A DNA stretch of 64,000 nt from Takakia lepidozioides (Eukaryota; Plantae; Bryophyta): NCBI GenBank assembly GCA_030704615.1, contig CM060732.1, positions 62,186,001 through 62,250,000 of the forward strand, written 5' to 3'. Of this stretch, positions 1 to 14,000 are shown one piece after another. The notes below the pieces were generated by a model that was not told the DNA's origin, searched no databases, and saw only the letters and a list, made by a program, of their open reading frames with translations. Both the position numbers and the translations under genes were made by a program. Position 1 is the first letter of the stretch, and every line of letters begins with the position of its first letter.

Positions 1-2000
1 AAGATCTGGGAAGAAGCTCAAGGGTGACACCAAGGGAGATGAACCAAACAAAGCAAAGTATGGAGACATACGAGATTCATAACGAGAAAGTGCTGAAGCA
101 TCTCTTAATTGTGCTTCCTGCAATATCTGGTTGTTGAATCTATTTCAGCTAATCTTGGCAACAGGTCTCGTCGAGTACACCAACGGACTTAGGATCAACA
201 GTGGGATCAACTCTCTTCCCGCCAAGCTTGTAATTTTACCTCGAAAGTGGGCACTAGATGCCAGCGACACCCAAAAAAGATGGAGAAGCCATGCAAGTCT
301 GGTGAAGGTGGCTGATCCACTGTTGCCTCAGGTGCACTTGTTACACCATAAGAATTCCAAAACCCTAGTGACCTCCTCATGTGTTCCTCTGCCAATTAGT
401 GTTGAGGTACAGTTTTCTGCATAAGAGTCTTAGGTGTTCAGAATTCCCACAGGCTCTCTACCTGTCACTTTCTATCTATAATACTGCATTCTAATAATGG
501 AACCCCAATTGTCCAGGCATGCAAGAGGGAATTGCACAAGAGCAGCCACTTACATCATCGCCAAGTGGGATTCTGCCGGCAGCTCTCAAGAACCATCAGG
601 TTGGAAGAGATCCAACCTTTGAGGACTCAGTATTTAGGGAGATAGTCTCTCTACTACAGCTACTGCACCTGTAAATGTATGATGTTCTGACGAAGGGGAT
701 GAGAAAAAGATCTCTGATTGGTTAGATGTCAAAGACAGAAAGAAAGATAACATCCACGAAGGGCCAAGGGCGTGAGACAGGGACAGCAACTTTGCAGAGT
801 GACTTCACAGGGCTGAAGCCTTAGAATACTGACAATAAAGATGTATATACTTTGTACGACACAGTTTTTGTACAGCTGTTGCAGTCAGTGAGGTAGGATA
901 CCCTGTTTTGGGCTGATAGGCATGAATTCTCTTTTTGTGGATTTGAAGACGTGAAAAGTTTCTGGAACTCATTAATACTCTAAGAGGATGCTCTGGAGGT
1001 TGGAATGGAATGGATCTTGAGCGGTATGTTTGTAAAGGACAGTAACTGCTTGTTCTGTTGTGCTTGGTAAGCCATGGCCAATGAGTTTTGTGTGGGGAAG
1101 GGTGCAACAGACCAACACTGATAAGAACCTTCTCTGCTTTGTCATCACTAATACATATCAGCATGATCAATGTGAGTGAGTTTGGTAGTGTTGTCTCATA
1201 GACTTCATTGGTGCCAGATATGTGCTGACCTGCTAGTGTAGCAACTAGCTTCACATGTAGAAGCAAACTTTATTGATCTACTCTCCTAGTGTGCACCATT
1301 TGCTTCGAGTGCCTCTCTCATTAGCTGAAGTCACGATGCATAAGACGCCGAGCGGCCACCCGACCGGCCACCCACCTGTCAAATATGTCACATATGAATT
1401 CAATGGCCTCCTCCCCTCACTGTCCACTTCTACTAAATCAGCAGTGACACACCCTATAACTATGACTCATTTCTAATCTAAAGATTTGGTCTAAAGATGG
1501 CCCTCTCTGCCAAAGAAGTCCAGCTCCTTATTAGAATTCGCTAAAGAGTTCAATGAAGTCCGTATTGATGAAACCCGTCCCTCCCTGCCACACAGCAACA
1601 AGGCCGACAGACACTTTAAAGATTGCAGTAGCGCACTGTTTCGATTTTCTCATTTCGCCATAGATGCAGCTATCATTGTGCAAACCCACTTTTGACGTAT
1701 GAGAAAAAAGTACTCTTTGGGAGTGCACAAGATCTTGGAAACACGCTTTTCCTCTAGACATTGCTGTGTTGCTCCATAAGAAAAATTGTACGTGGATTCA
1801 AGGGCACGCTGCCCCAACACCAAGATGGAAATCGGCACTTCTTAGCAGAAATCGAACTAAGAACGACGAGCAATGTTTTGTCAAATCGCCTATGAAAGAT
1901 CCTCTAAGACCAGGCAGATGTAGGAATGTGATGAGGGTCTATCTTCACCCCTTGTGTGTGTAGTGTAAGAACGGGGTAGTGGACAGGGATTGAGTTTTGA

Positions 2001-5000
2001 TTAATGGGGTTTAACTTTACATTTATAGAAACGAACTGTCAGGGCAGTCAGAATTTGGAGGAGGACGCAGTACATAGCCAGAACGAGCATGTCTATCGGG
2101 ATTCGATGATGATTCAAACTCCGGTTTGCCTGCAGTTGAGTCCATACGAAAATGTTTTCGGCATCTCTCAGTCGGGGGCAGTCGCATCGGAGACATGCAC
2201 TTGGATCATTAAGGCATGCTGCATTTCGCCCCCCCTTCAAGCATTCAGGCTTAAAGGTGTCACAGAAGAAAGCTATGGAGGTGAGGCTGTTGAGCGCGTA
2301 CTGGAGAGGGTTTGTCCAGAAGACCCAGATCACGGATTTCAGAATTTCTCGTTTAGGAATAACAGAACCTCCTGTGGATGTCCAGAAGCTGATGAGGATG
2401 GGAATGACAACCGCTGCAAGCTGCGCAGGGACAAACACTCATTAAGGTATGCCATACTCAGATATCTGCATATGTACAGATAGAAAGGAAATGAAATGAA
2501 GTGGTACTCTATAACGTCCATGGAAAGCTCAAAGAGCTTGTGGGACAAGAGACAACAAGAAACGAGAAAGAGATGTGGTTTAGAAAGAACTGAGACTTTA
2601 TAATTGGAGAGCTAAAAGAGCTGAGAGAATGCAAGAAATAGAGAATGTTTGTTCTGAAATTATTGACCACTGCACATTATACTAGAACTGGTCTTCGAGA
2701 GAAGGGGAGAAAGAATTGGTGAGGGCAACACACTGTCAAGTAAGGGAACCTGGCATTGAAGGTGACCATACCTGTGGTAAAGGACTGACAAGTGCAATGA
2801 ATATACCCAGATATGAGATGACCAGAGTGAATTCAAAGAGGAGAAACCAGAAGCTGAAAAAGGAGGCTGCTGAGCCTGTTGCCATTTGTGCCATAAGGCA
2901 AAACACGGAACAGAAGATGATCGTAGCCACTGCCAAATACGGTACCTGTTTGAGACAGGTGGAGGAGCTTCAATCACACCCTTGTGAGAGAAACATAAAA
3001 TGTCTAGACGTAATGCATTATCATCACACGCTCTAGCTTTGCCCCATAGTTCCCACATGAAAACTCCATGTTGGATGACACCTCTCAGAATAAAACTCCC
3101 AGGCTCCTCAAAGTCAACATCAACTATTTGCTTAATTGAGCTGTCAGACACTTGCTAGTTTCAAACATGAATATGGGAATTAGTGGGAATTGGAAGTAGA
3201 AGAAAAGAATTGGAAGACATGATAATCACGACGTGCAGGGGTGGACCAAAAAGGGGTTACCTCAGCCAGAGCCCATGAAACATTGTGCCAAAAGACGCTG
3301 AATTGGTTTTTGGATTGTTCGCTTTCCTTTGTGACAATCTGCCTTAGGACTTGGGGAACCACATATTGTGCATTAGTAGCTCCCAGTAGAACACAGGCCA
3401 CAAACAGACTTTGAGACTTCACATTCATACCAACTGTTGTGCGGTAGTCGAGGTTGAAATAGATGGAGCCCATGGCCAAACCCAGAGCTAGAGTGGACGT
3501 CATTCTACCAAAACTATAATCCACATTTCGCCAGTTCAAGTGCTGCAATTTCATGTGAATGTAATAGGCCATCAATGCATAAGGAGCTTGATAACCTGTC
3601 TCCTTCAGCTCTGGTCCAATTTCTCCCTTAGAACAGCGTAGATGTTGCAGTTGGATATGGTTATGGAGGGCCAATTCACTCAATCGATACTGAAAGGCAT
3701 AGTCCCTCTGAGCCTTTTGACCAGCAGCACCATCGCCAATCACATCGATTGCGTAGGTTGCAGGGCTCTTGTTTGCTGTGCACAGAGGGGTACCTGGGAT
3801 AGCTTCAAAATATTTCTGCATCAAACAGTGGATTTCCAGCTAGTTTGTTAGCAAATTACGAAAAGAGTGAATTGAACCATCACGCTTGCACTAAGAGATC
3901 ACTGTTGAGAGGTTTCCCTGGAAGATACTCAGGGATCACCTAGCCCCTGTTCTCTCACTCTCCTAGCTTTGTTGTTCTGCTCTGTTCCTCCCATGGGCCT
4001 TCTCAGCCTCCCATGGATATTTCTCCGAGGGCCCAGGGGCTGTTTGGATCATATCTTTACTGTAAGCCAGATTATCCAGGGACGGAAAAAAGAAGGGAAA
4101 CCCACTTTTGTCTTTTTCTTGGATGTCAAAAAGGCTTATGACACAGTGTGGAGAGATGGTCTATGGCTCCGACTCTGGTCATCTGGGATCAAGGGATGCG
4201 GAGAGTGGTCCATAACTTGTATGCTAACACCAAAAGCTGTGTCACTGTTAATGGACAGAACTCTTAACTTCTTTGACATAGACCAAGGTGTAGCTCAAGG
4301 ATGTAACCTCTCCCCTCTGCTCTTCAATGTTTTCATCAATCAACTCCTCGAGGATGTGGAATGTGAGGGATTTCGGTTAAGGGTGGATGCCACCATACCA
4401 GCCCTTATGTTTGCGGATGACTTCGCAGGCACAGGGGAGACTCCATCCAATCTCCAGGAGTTGATTGATTGAGCAGAGAGATACTTTGACCTTTGGGGGC
4501 TAGAGGCTAACATCAGTAAATGTACAGAGGTGGCATTCAATGACCGAGGGGAGGGAGGAGGTGATCTCAAGTGGCAGTGGGGAAGCCAAGAGATTCCGGT
4601 CCTCCCTACCTATACATACCTTGGCGTTGAGTTTTCCTCCAACTGTAATTGGGATGCACATATTCCATGCTTTGCCGCATTATTAGGCCTGCCTTAGAGT
4701 ATGCATCTGCAGTATGGGTTGATAACTCTGGCTAAGTCTCAAGAATCCATTCAAGTGGGGCTGCTTAAGGAGTGCATGTCATCGTGCTCCAAAACAGCCA
4801 ACGTGACTGTTGGGGTTGAGTTTGGCATCCCTTCCTAAAGCTCCCGATGGGATGAATTCAATGTCGGATGGTGGGGTCAGATGCAACATATGTCTAATAT
4901 GAGATATCCTAAGTTAATCGACTCTATATCTGGGAAACAGGATTGCAGAAGAGATTCTCAAGGATCTGAATATAAGCCCGCAAGTCTTGTCTCTGCTGGA

Positions 5001-8000
5001 TAAATCTGACTTAGAGGCTGTAGTGTCCAAAGCCATGCCATGTCTGTTGCCATGTCTGTTGTCTGATGAAAATGAAGTTAGGCAGAAAACTTCCCTGAAC
5101 TTGTTTCCAGTCTGTGACATGGGAGAGGCCATCATGGATGACCTCAAGGGTTTACCCACCCTCGGCACTAGACTGAAGTTTAAACTCAGGGCGCGAAGCC
5201 TACCTTTGAACAGCAAACAGATGCAGAGTGGCGACAATCCCGGATGGACGCCAAAGCATTGGATCTAACACGAAATTGGTTCTGGGGTTGCAAAAGACAG
5301 ACCATTCTCTGGTCCGGTATGGTAGAGCATGGAGTCATTTCGAAAAAACCACCCCTAGTCCAGAAGCAAGGAGGGGTACAGCTTTCAGCACTTTTTGTAG
5401 ATTCGCATGCTGAGCCAGGGGAGGTATCACGAAAGAGGTGCGATGACACTCTCTTCAGACTTTGCGAAGAAGGCAAGTTCCCAAAAAGGGGGGGAGGAAC
5501 AAGAAACAAGAGAAGAAAACAAAAAGCTATAGTAAATTACTCAACGAGCGACAAAAACAGAAGCTATAGTAAAATACTCAAGCAGAGCGACCCTCCCAGC
5601 CAACAGCCTGGAGGAGATCAGGCAAGGAGATAGGCAAAGTGTCAGGCAGAGGCGGAAGACGAGATGACGCGGAGCTAGCCACATCAGCCTAATGCAAAAT
5701 AGAGATGGCTTGTGCTCTCTACAAAGCAACTGAAACACGTTGTCGATAGTAGGCGACAAGGACAGGAATTGCAATTGCCCGTTGTGTGGGAAACCTGAAG
5801 ACAATATTCATTTTCTGATTCATTGTCCTGGGTACTCTCATGAGAGAGACACCCTCTTCAAATCCATCAAGGGAATTGTGCCTGAACCTCTGTTTTCCAA
5901 CTTGGAAAGTCACGAGGCTGAGCCAAAAGCCCAGGCCCTTTTGGGGCCTGGTTATTTGGCAAACCACACACAGCAGATTGATGCTTGTGTGAAGGGATTT
6001 CTAGAGGATATCTGGAAAACTTGGATTAATAGTCTGTTCGAAGGTAAAGTCATACTACCGGCAGAGTAAACTGCTTCTCTTCTTACGGTACACCTTGGAG
6101 GCATGGAAAGGTGCAAGGGAAGAATTCATGTGCATTAAAGATCCAGCAACTCCAGCCTTTTTATGAAATCAAGTTGGCATGTGGTGGCATCTTCTAGAAA
6201 CCCTCGGAGTTGAGAGAGCTCTCAGGTTGGCATGAGGAAGGTCATCCAGTCACTGACAAAAAGAAATCCTCATGAAAAAGGACTTCCCCTTGGAGGCCCA
6301 AAGTGTCCAAGGGACACTATAACCACCTCTTCTAAGGTCATTGGGGATGGTTTAGGGTGGGCTCCCCACAGTCTGCAGATAGAGGGTGGTAGGTGGGACA
6401 ACCTGCGGTGTGCTGACCGCTTGCGCCAGAGATGACAGGAGGGAGATTGAAACTGAAGATCATTTCTTCTTTGAATGTCCTCTCTAATATGAGATCCAAG
6501 GGAGATACTATTGCCTATTCCGAGATAACCAATCCGTTACTAACGAGGATCAGAAATGCTCAGCAGCAGATCTGAGTGAGGTGTTACATGTTGACGATCC
6601 GTTCAGTAGTGGGCAGCTTGTTGAGGGCCCTAAGCTCTTTCTTGTTTCCCACTTTCTCTTTCTTTACTAGGAGAGCCTGGATCCTACCCAAGATCATACA
6701 TGTCCTCTCTAAGATGTTTTGGATTTGCAGATGCTTAGCCTATCAGCTTGCTGGAGAGGTGACTTTGCTACCCAATATAAGCTGAAACTCTCCACGTGCA
6801 ACGCAAGACAGAAAGGACCTCAAATTACGATATTCTTGAATGCCATCTGATCCTTCAAAATAAAACTGAGAACCAAGGTGTTGACAATCAACTCAATAAA
6901 ACGACTTGAAACTGTGACAAGACATGTTCCAAGCGCATGGCAGAGCTTCAACGAAGTTCTTTGTGATAGTTCACGCTCTTTATATTGTGTCATTCACTTC
7001 ATTTCTCCTTGTTTGATCCACAGTCCCAGCACATGAGCTCATCACCCTTACTGTGGACAACATAAATTTTCTTTCACTACTACTGTCCATTCAGAGCAAT
7101 CCATCACGGAGGTCTTCTTACGAGGATTAGAGTAGCATTTCTAATAAGGCCCCCCGAAGTTTGAGAATCGCTCGAGATTGAATTGTAGTTACTTGTTGAG
7201 GGCCTAATTTTCTTCTTGCCATAAGCTTTATAAGCTTCACGCAGATATGATGAAGTTAACCTGTCTACAGCTATATCTCTCTCTTCTGAGGGGCATTGGG
7301 GAGGGTTAGGGTGGGCAGTCTGCGGATAAAGACGTGAGGACCACCTGTGCCCCACTTGCACTGGAAACAACAGGGAAATTGAAAGTGAAGAACATTTCTT
7401 CTTTCACTATCCTTTCCAGTTTAAGATCCCTGGAGATTATATTGTCTACTTTGAGATAGCCAATCCCTCACACAGGTCGTCCATTACAAGGGTCAGAAAT
7501 GCATAGCAGCATATCTGCATGAGGCGTTGACTCTTAGACAATAGCAATTGTTGTTTTTGGGCTGCTTGTGGATGGTCCCTCTCTTTCTTGTTTCATGCTT
7601 TCTCTTGCCCCATGAGCTCTTTGAGCTTTCCCAGCACGCTAGAAAGTACCATTTCATTTCTTTTGTAGCTCCAAGGTTGTGGTGGCTGGCTGCTGGGGTC
7701 CCCACTTGTCTGTCTTGTTTTCCTTTGGTTCCATAGTCTCTTAGCTTCCTGTCGATGGTATGATGTTCCTTTCTTATGTATCTGATTCATGATGCCGATA
7801 ACATTATATAATATCAGGCTCATGTCACCATGTCTTTCATTGGGGAACCTCTTCGTCTTGTTTTATTCAACTGAATCACTCCATCAAGGCCATAGCACAG
7901 GCAAGGGCATCAGCTCAGCCACCTGTCAGCCAGGCTTAAAACCAGCAGGCGTCTGCACAAGACTCTTGCTTTTTTGGAGAGGACCCAGTTTGAGTGAGGA

Positions 8001-11000
8001 AGAGATAAGGATGGGAATTGAGGAAGACAGTAGGAGAGAAAATACCCGGACAAGATCTGCATTGTTTCCAACAGGGCCAAAGTAGACAGTTTCACCCCCT
8101 TTCTTGAGAATCTGGAGGGTACTGAAAGCTGCAAGCTGCTGTAGACTTGGCTGCTGCAGTGCTGCTATCACCACCCTTCCTGTGCAGGCAATTTTCTGCA
8201 TTTGACAAACCCACATACACATTTAAAAAAGCATCGGGCCATATCTCATTGGGACAGAAAGTGATGAAACCATTAAATGCATTTTAAGTGTCAGGATCTG
8301 ACAGCAAATAACTGGCCTTAACAATTTTGTTTTGTGATTTTTCTATTTTGAAGCTTCCAAAAGGTAGTTGAGTAGTTCAGGCATCGGAGAGATACTGTAC
8401 AGTCGTGACCTGCATTGGAGGTTACACAACATAGTACACATCCCAGCCATGGGTAGGGGTATAATCTCGCCAATTCGGTATTTTCAACTGTCTAGGGATT
8501 GACCCCAGAACATAACGGCGGTCACAGGGAATCAATTACAGATTTGGTTGCATGGGACACCCACCTTTAGGGTTTGGATGATACTGCTGGATGCATGACT
8601 GTCAAGTCCTTTGGTGGGCTCATCCAAAAACATGACACTGGCATTGCCTGCCAGCTCCATGGCTATGGCAAGCCGAACACCTTGCTCCACCGTGATATTT
8701 TTTTCCCCTAGGGATCGTAGCAGCTTATTTGCGATATGCTTGATCTGCACCAGCTGCAGAACCTGCATCAACCAAAACAATGTCGAGGTTAAGTGGCAGG
8801 AAGAAATGAAAGGAAACGACATGAGACTTAATAACATCCAAGGAAAGAGCTCATGGGACAGAAAAAGGTAACGAACTTTGACACATCACATAGAAACAAA
8901 AGGAAGGAAATAAGAAACACTCATACCCGGGAGGCTCAAAAGGGCCCAATTCACACAGTATAACACATAGAAAAGATAGACAAAGGAACAATAAAACATC
9001 CCATGCCGAAAATTGTTAACAAGCAAAAGAAATGGGAAATGTGGCCTAAATTGCTGGATTGCCCGAACAAGAAAGAACAAATGAAATGAAATGAGAACAC
9101 TTATGACATCCCTGGAAGCTCAAAAAAGCTTACGGGACGAGAAAGCAGGAAACAAGAAAGAGAGTGGAGCCCGCAACAAGCAGCCCAAAAAGCAACAACT
9201 GATGACAAGGGATTGCCGCTTTCTGCAGATAATGAAGCTCTAATACAAGGGCCTCCAAGAAGCCATGGTACAAAGTAGAACAACAAGAAAGACCGAGAGG
9301 GGGAAGATGAAAACACCTCTTCAACAAAATCCCTGCGCTCCTCCAGGGAGTACAATTTACCAAGTCGCATCGCAGCGCTGAATTCTAGAGCTTCTTGCAC
9401 TGTCATATGTGGAGGATGTGCACTCAGATTCTCTACAAAACCCATCACATTTACAAAGGTTTCCTGTTTCTTGGGGTATCCATTCACTAAGATTTGGCCC
9501 CGGATTCGCCCCTTTGCTACTTTCCGTCCTGGCATCAGATGTAAACAACCACACCTGTATAGCTTCAGAAAACAGTTCAAGTCGAGAAAATATAGTAGGG
9601 ATATAGACCTAGATAAGGAACCACACAAACAGAAGAGGAGTGATGTTAACTCATACCGGCAAGGCAATTTAACAGTGTAGTTTTGCCTGCCCCAGTGCTT
9701 CCAACCAATGCAACAATCTGCCCTGGCTCAGCCCAACCAGACACATACTTGAGAATGGTGTGGGGTTGTCCAATTTCAGCAATCATGATGTCAAAGCTTA
9801 GTTCATGCCAGGATAGAGTGACAGCCACTGGAGTATGAGAAAGCTCTGCCACTGCAGAGCCCCATTCTTCGTCTTTCTGCATAAGTTCCTCCTTACAAAG
9901 CTTCACCTACACGGCAATCCCCAACATGTGCTGACTCAGTGACTTTACCCCATCTCCTTGCGTGTGATTCAACCCGTAGTCTTTAAAGATAGGACAGACT
10001 CAAACATAAAAATTCAGAGAATAGGATGTTGTGTGTCACCTCCACATCAGATATTGTTATCCTCTGGGGTGCATGCTGAAGCCTTGCAAGAGAGAAGTAA
10101 GCCCCAATGTTGAGGAGTAAAAACCAGCCGACCAACACCGCAATAGAAATCCCTATCCAGTGACTGCCTGTGTAGAGCTGACTTTTGGCCAGGAAGACAT
10201 CACCGACCGTGTGTTGTCGTCTCCCGATGCACTGGGGAATATTTGCCAGGTTTGGGACCTGGCTGCAGACCATGCTATAGCTTTTGGAGTTAAATTCATT
10301 GATAATAAGTGCTGTCATGCCCCATTGCAACGGGTCCAGATAATATGCCCAGATCCAGTAGTGGGGCACAACAAAGCGAGGCACCAAAAACCCAGCAAAG
10401 AGGATAAATATTCCTGTCAACAATCCTGCAGGCAAATATGGATGCTTTAATCATTGATGTGTCTTAAATGGGAAAGAAATGAAATGAAATGGTACTATGT
10501 AGCGTTGAGCTCCTTCCCTTAGTTTTCTTCCCATCCCTGCTAGAGTGAAGCTCAATTCTGAAAATGAGATGTCATCGACTCACAGAGAGCCGGAACATTT
10601 CTATACTGACTAATCCAACCAAAACGTTCCTGTTGCAGCTATAGCATGTGCAATCTGTAACCCTCCCACATTACTCTCTTTAAGTTCTTTGCATCATAAT
10701 AAGACCATAGCTAGCGATATGTTACCAATAATCCGATTTGCTGTGTCACGGTCAGGGGCAAAAGCACTCATAAACCGCACCAAGGACGCTCCATTCAACG
10801 CTGTCAGTATCATGATGACATAGTATACCCAAAAATGCCAGCCCCCATCTGTAACAGTGAGGTTTGTCATAAAATATACTATAAGAGTCCAGATAGTTGC
10901 CTGCAGACACCAAGATCATATTCTGTTAGAACCCAGTGGTGATAAACTAAGTATTGCTTACTGATTGGGATGCTACAAAAATGAGTCATTTATCACTAAT

Positions 11001-14000
11001 TTTAACTCATAGATGCTCAGAAAAGCTAGCCAAGAGGTCTTAGGAATTTTAAGTCCACAAGAACTGAATCAAATGGAGATTTTCCCCAAGAAAGATAGCT
11101 CAAGGGACATACCCTGTGGGGTGTACTGCCCAACAAGGGGCATGGGAAGGACAGAAGTCTGTGGACCAGGTAGCCAGCTAAATGGTCTTTATAAGGTCTG
11201 TGAGAAGCGCAAAGAACTTATGGGACAAGAGGAAGACATGAAATGAAATGGTGCTTTGTAACGTCCGCGGAAAGCTCATAGAGCTTATGGGACAAAATGG
11301 AAAGAAAAACATGAGAGAAAACAGGAAACCAGAGTCAAAGATAAGAACTATTGTTCGAGTGATTGTCTAAGGGTGAATGCCTCGTGCAGGTAGGCTACCA
11401 AGCATTTCTGATCCTCATAGTGAAAGACCTCAGTGAGAGATTGGTTTCCACGGAATAGACAATGGAATCTCCCACGGATCTCATAGTATAGAGGGCAATA
11501 GAAGAAGAAGTGTTCTTCAGTTTCAATTTCCTGGTTGCGCCCTGTGCAAGCTGGACAGAGGCGGTCCTCCCGCTGAAGGTTTTCCCATCTGCCAGTCTCT
11601 ATCCGTAGGTTGTGGGAGCCCACGCTGAACCGCCCCAAAGCCCTCAGGAGAGAAGGAGATAAAGATGCCGAAAGGTAATTGCGCCGCAAGATTCTATCAT
11701 CTTGTAGAACCAAAAATGTTTCTCGATAGAAATGGAGAAAGAAACAAGAAGAGAGAGGGCCCCCCCACAAGCAGCCCAAACGCAACTATTGCTCCGGCAA
11801 TTGTCTAAGAGTCAACGCCTCATGCAGGTGCTTGCCAAACATTTCTGATCCAAAAGAAACTTATAACGTCCACCATGAGAAGGTAACGAGAACAGAACCT
11901 CCAAGAGTGTGAATGGTAGACCCCCGAAAATCTTGGCGAAGAGGTACGATTGGGGACGGAAAAAGCGGGCACCCTGCTGTTTATAGTAGATTGCACGTTC
12001 TTCCATAAGAGCAGGCAGCTGCCCTAAGTTGAACAGCATGAGATTCATCAAAGAGATGAAGAAAACACTGCAGAGTAAATTGATATCCAGTTGGTTGGGA
12101 TCATTCTTGACTCCAAAAAACACCATGCTTGTGAACAAAGACATAATCAGAACCTGTCATAACAATTCCAAACAGGGCACGGTTCTTTAGGAACTAGAAA
12201 CCGGATCCTTTCCCGTCACCCTTCCATCTACCTCCTCACCCTTCTCCACTCGTTGCTATGCACCATTTTATGATGAGGAATGCAAGATTGCTAGACGTCA
12301 CATCAAATCTTTACTACTTGATACCAATTCTTCTCCAGAGTCCACTAACCTTGCTCTTAAGCACTATAAGTCCCTCATTAGATCCAAAAAGAGAGCCTAC
12401 ACTATCAAGTTGCAATCTTCTTTCCTTGCTAAAATCAGATATTCTCCTCGTTCTTTTTGGTCCCTCCTTAAACCTCATAGAGACCCTCCCCCAATCACTG
12501 ACATTCACGTCTGGCATGAGTATGCACAGTCTTTGTACCATTCCCCAACCCAAACTCCCTCTCCCATAACCTCTAAACCCCTTCACTTCTCTCTCTTTAC
12601 TACGGCCAATGTCAGCAAGGCAATCAAGAAGCTGCAAAATGGCAGGGCAGTGGACATTTCAGGACTTCAGAGTGAATTCATCAAGCATGCTGCACCTACT
12701 TTAACCCCTTTTATAGCTCACCTCTTCAATGAGGTAGTGCAACGGGGCTTTCCAACAGAGTGGACAAAGAGCATCATCCACCCACTCTTCAAGAGCGGTG
12801 ACAGGCTCGCACCAACCAATTATCGTACTATCATGGTGTCCTCGTTACTTGCTAAACTGTTTGGGGCAGTAGTGGCCATGGAATTGGATGATTGGGCTGA
12901 GTCCTCTCGCATTCGTGCTGAGGGACAGGCTGGTTTCCGTCGCAACAGATTCACTATTGACCACATCTTCACTCTTCAGGTTATGGTGGAAAGTGCGCGC
13001 TATGACAAAAGAATGGTCTATGTTTGCTTCGTGGACTTTCACAAAGCCTTTGATTCAGTTCCTCGGGACCTTCTCTTCCAACGGCTCCAGAGTTCGCATG
13101 TGTACCATTGCAATCCGAGGCCCTCTTCCGGCTTCCAATCTTTCTCCATAGATTACAGGCCCTTCCACCCAAGGGGCTCGTGGCAAGGGCCCTCACAACA
13201 TCTATGAGGCTCAAAGCTGCAGGTTTCAGGAACTCCTGGTATGCTCGAGTGGACAGCTTATTTCAACGCAACGGACTCTCTACTGCTTTCCTATTACCAA
13301 TGAATCCAGATGAGGTGGACATCACATCCAGACATGACCGCAACAGACTCGTTAGGAGAGAGCTTATGGAATTACATGTCAAGAGAACTTGGAAGCTACC
13401 CAATCTCACGACAAAGCTCCACTTCTATCGAGAGACATTCTTGGTGCTCCGCGATGATAGAATCTTGAGACCAAATTACCTTTCAGCATCCTTATCTCCT
13501 TCCCTCCTGAGGGCATTGGGGCGGTTCAGGGTGGGTTCCCACAACCTACGGATAGAGACTGGCGGATGGGAAAACCTGCAATGGGAGGACCGCCTATGTC
13601 CTAGGGCGCAGCCAGGAAATTGAAACTGAAGAACACTTCTTCTTCTACTGCCCTCTATACTACGAGATCCATGGGAGATTCCCCTGTTTATTCAGTGGAA
13701 CCCAAACTCTCACTGATGTCTTCCACTATGAGGATCAAAAATGCTTGGCAGCCTACCTGCACGAGGCCTTCACCCTTAGACAATCGCTAGAGCATTAATT
13801 GTTATTCTTGGTTTCTGGATTTGTTCCTCTCTCATGTTTTTTTCTTCCATCTTGTCCCATAAGCTCTATGAGCTTTCCGTGGACATTATAAAGCACCATT
13901 TCATTTCATTTCATTTCTTTTCCACCAATTCCAGAGCCTTGAGAGGAACTCCCAAAACCAATATAAATCTCCAAGGGCCCATAGGACAGAGAAAAACAAG

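Noticed and set aside
1-390. Possible minus-strand exons (about 389-241 and 118-1) with plausible splice sites
   Set aside because: No recognisable motif and no in-frame upstream exon found; cannot be supported from this window.
5244-5633. 129-aa ORF inside the insertion
   Set aside because: No motif; it runs through low-complexity and tandem-duplicated sequence and is probably a chance ORF.
5230-5759. GGCGACAA as an 8-bp hAT-type TSD
   Set aside because: The motif is absent from the empty site in the other LINE copies and there are no TIRs, so it is not a target duplication.
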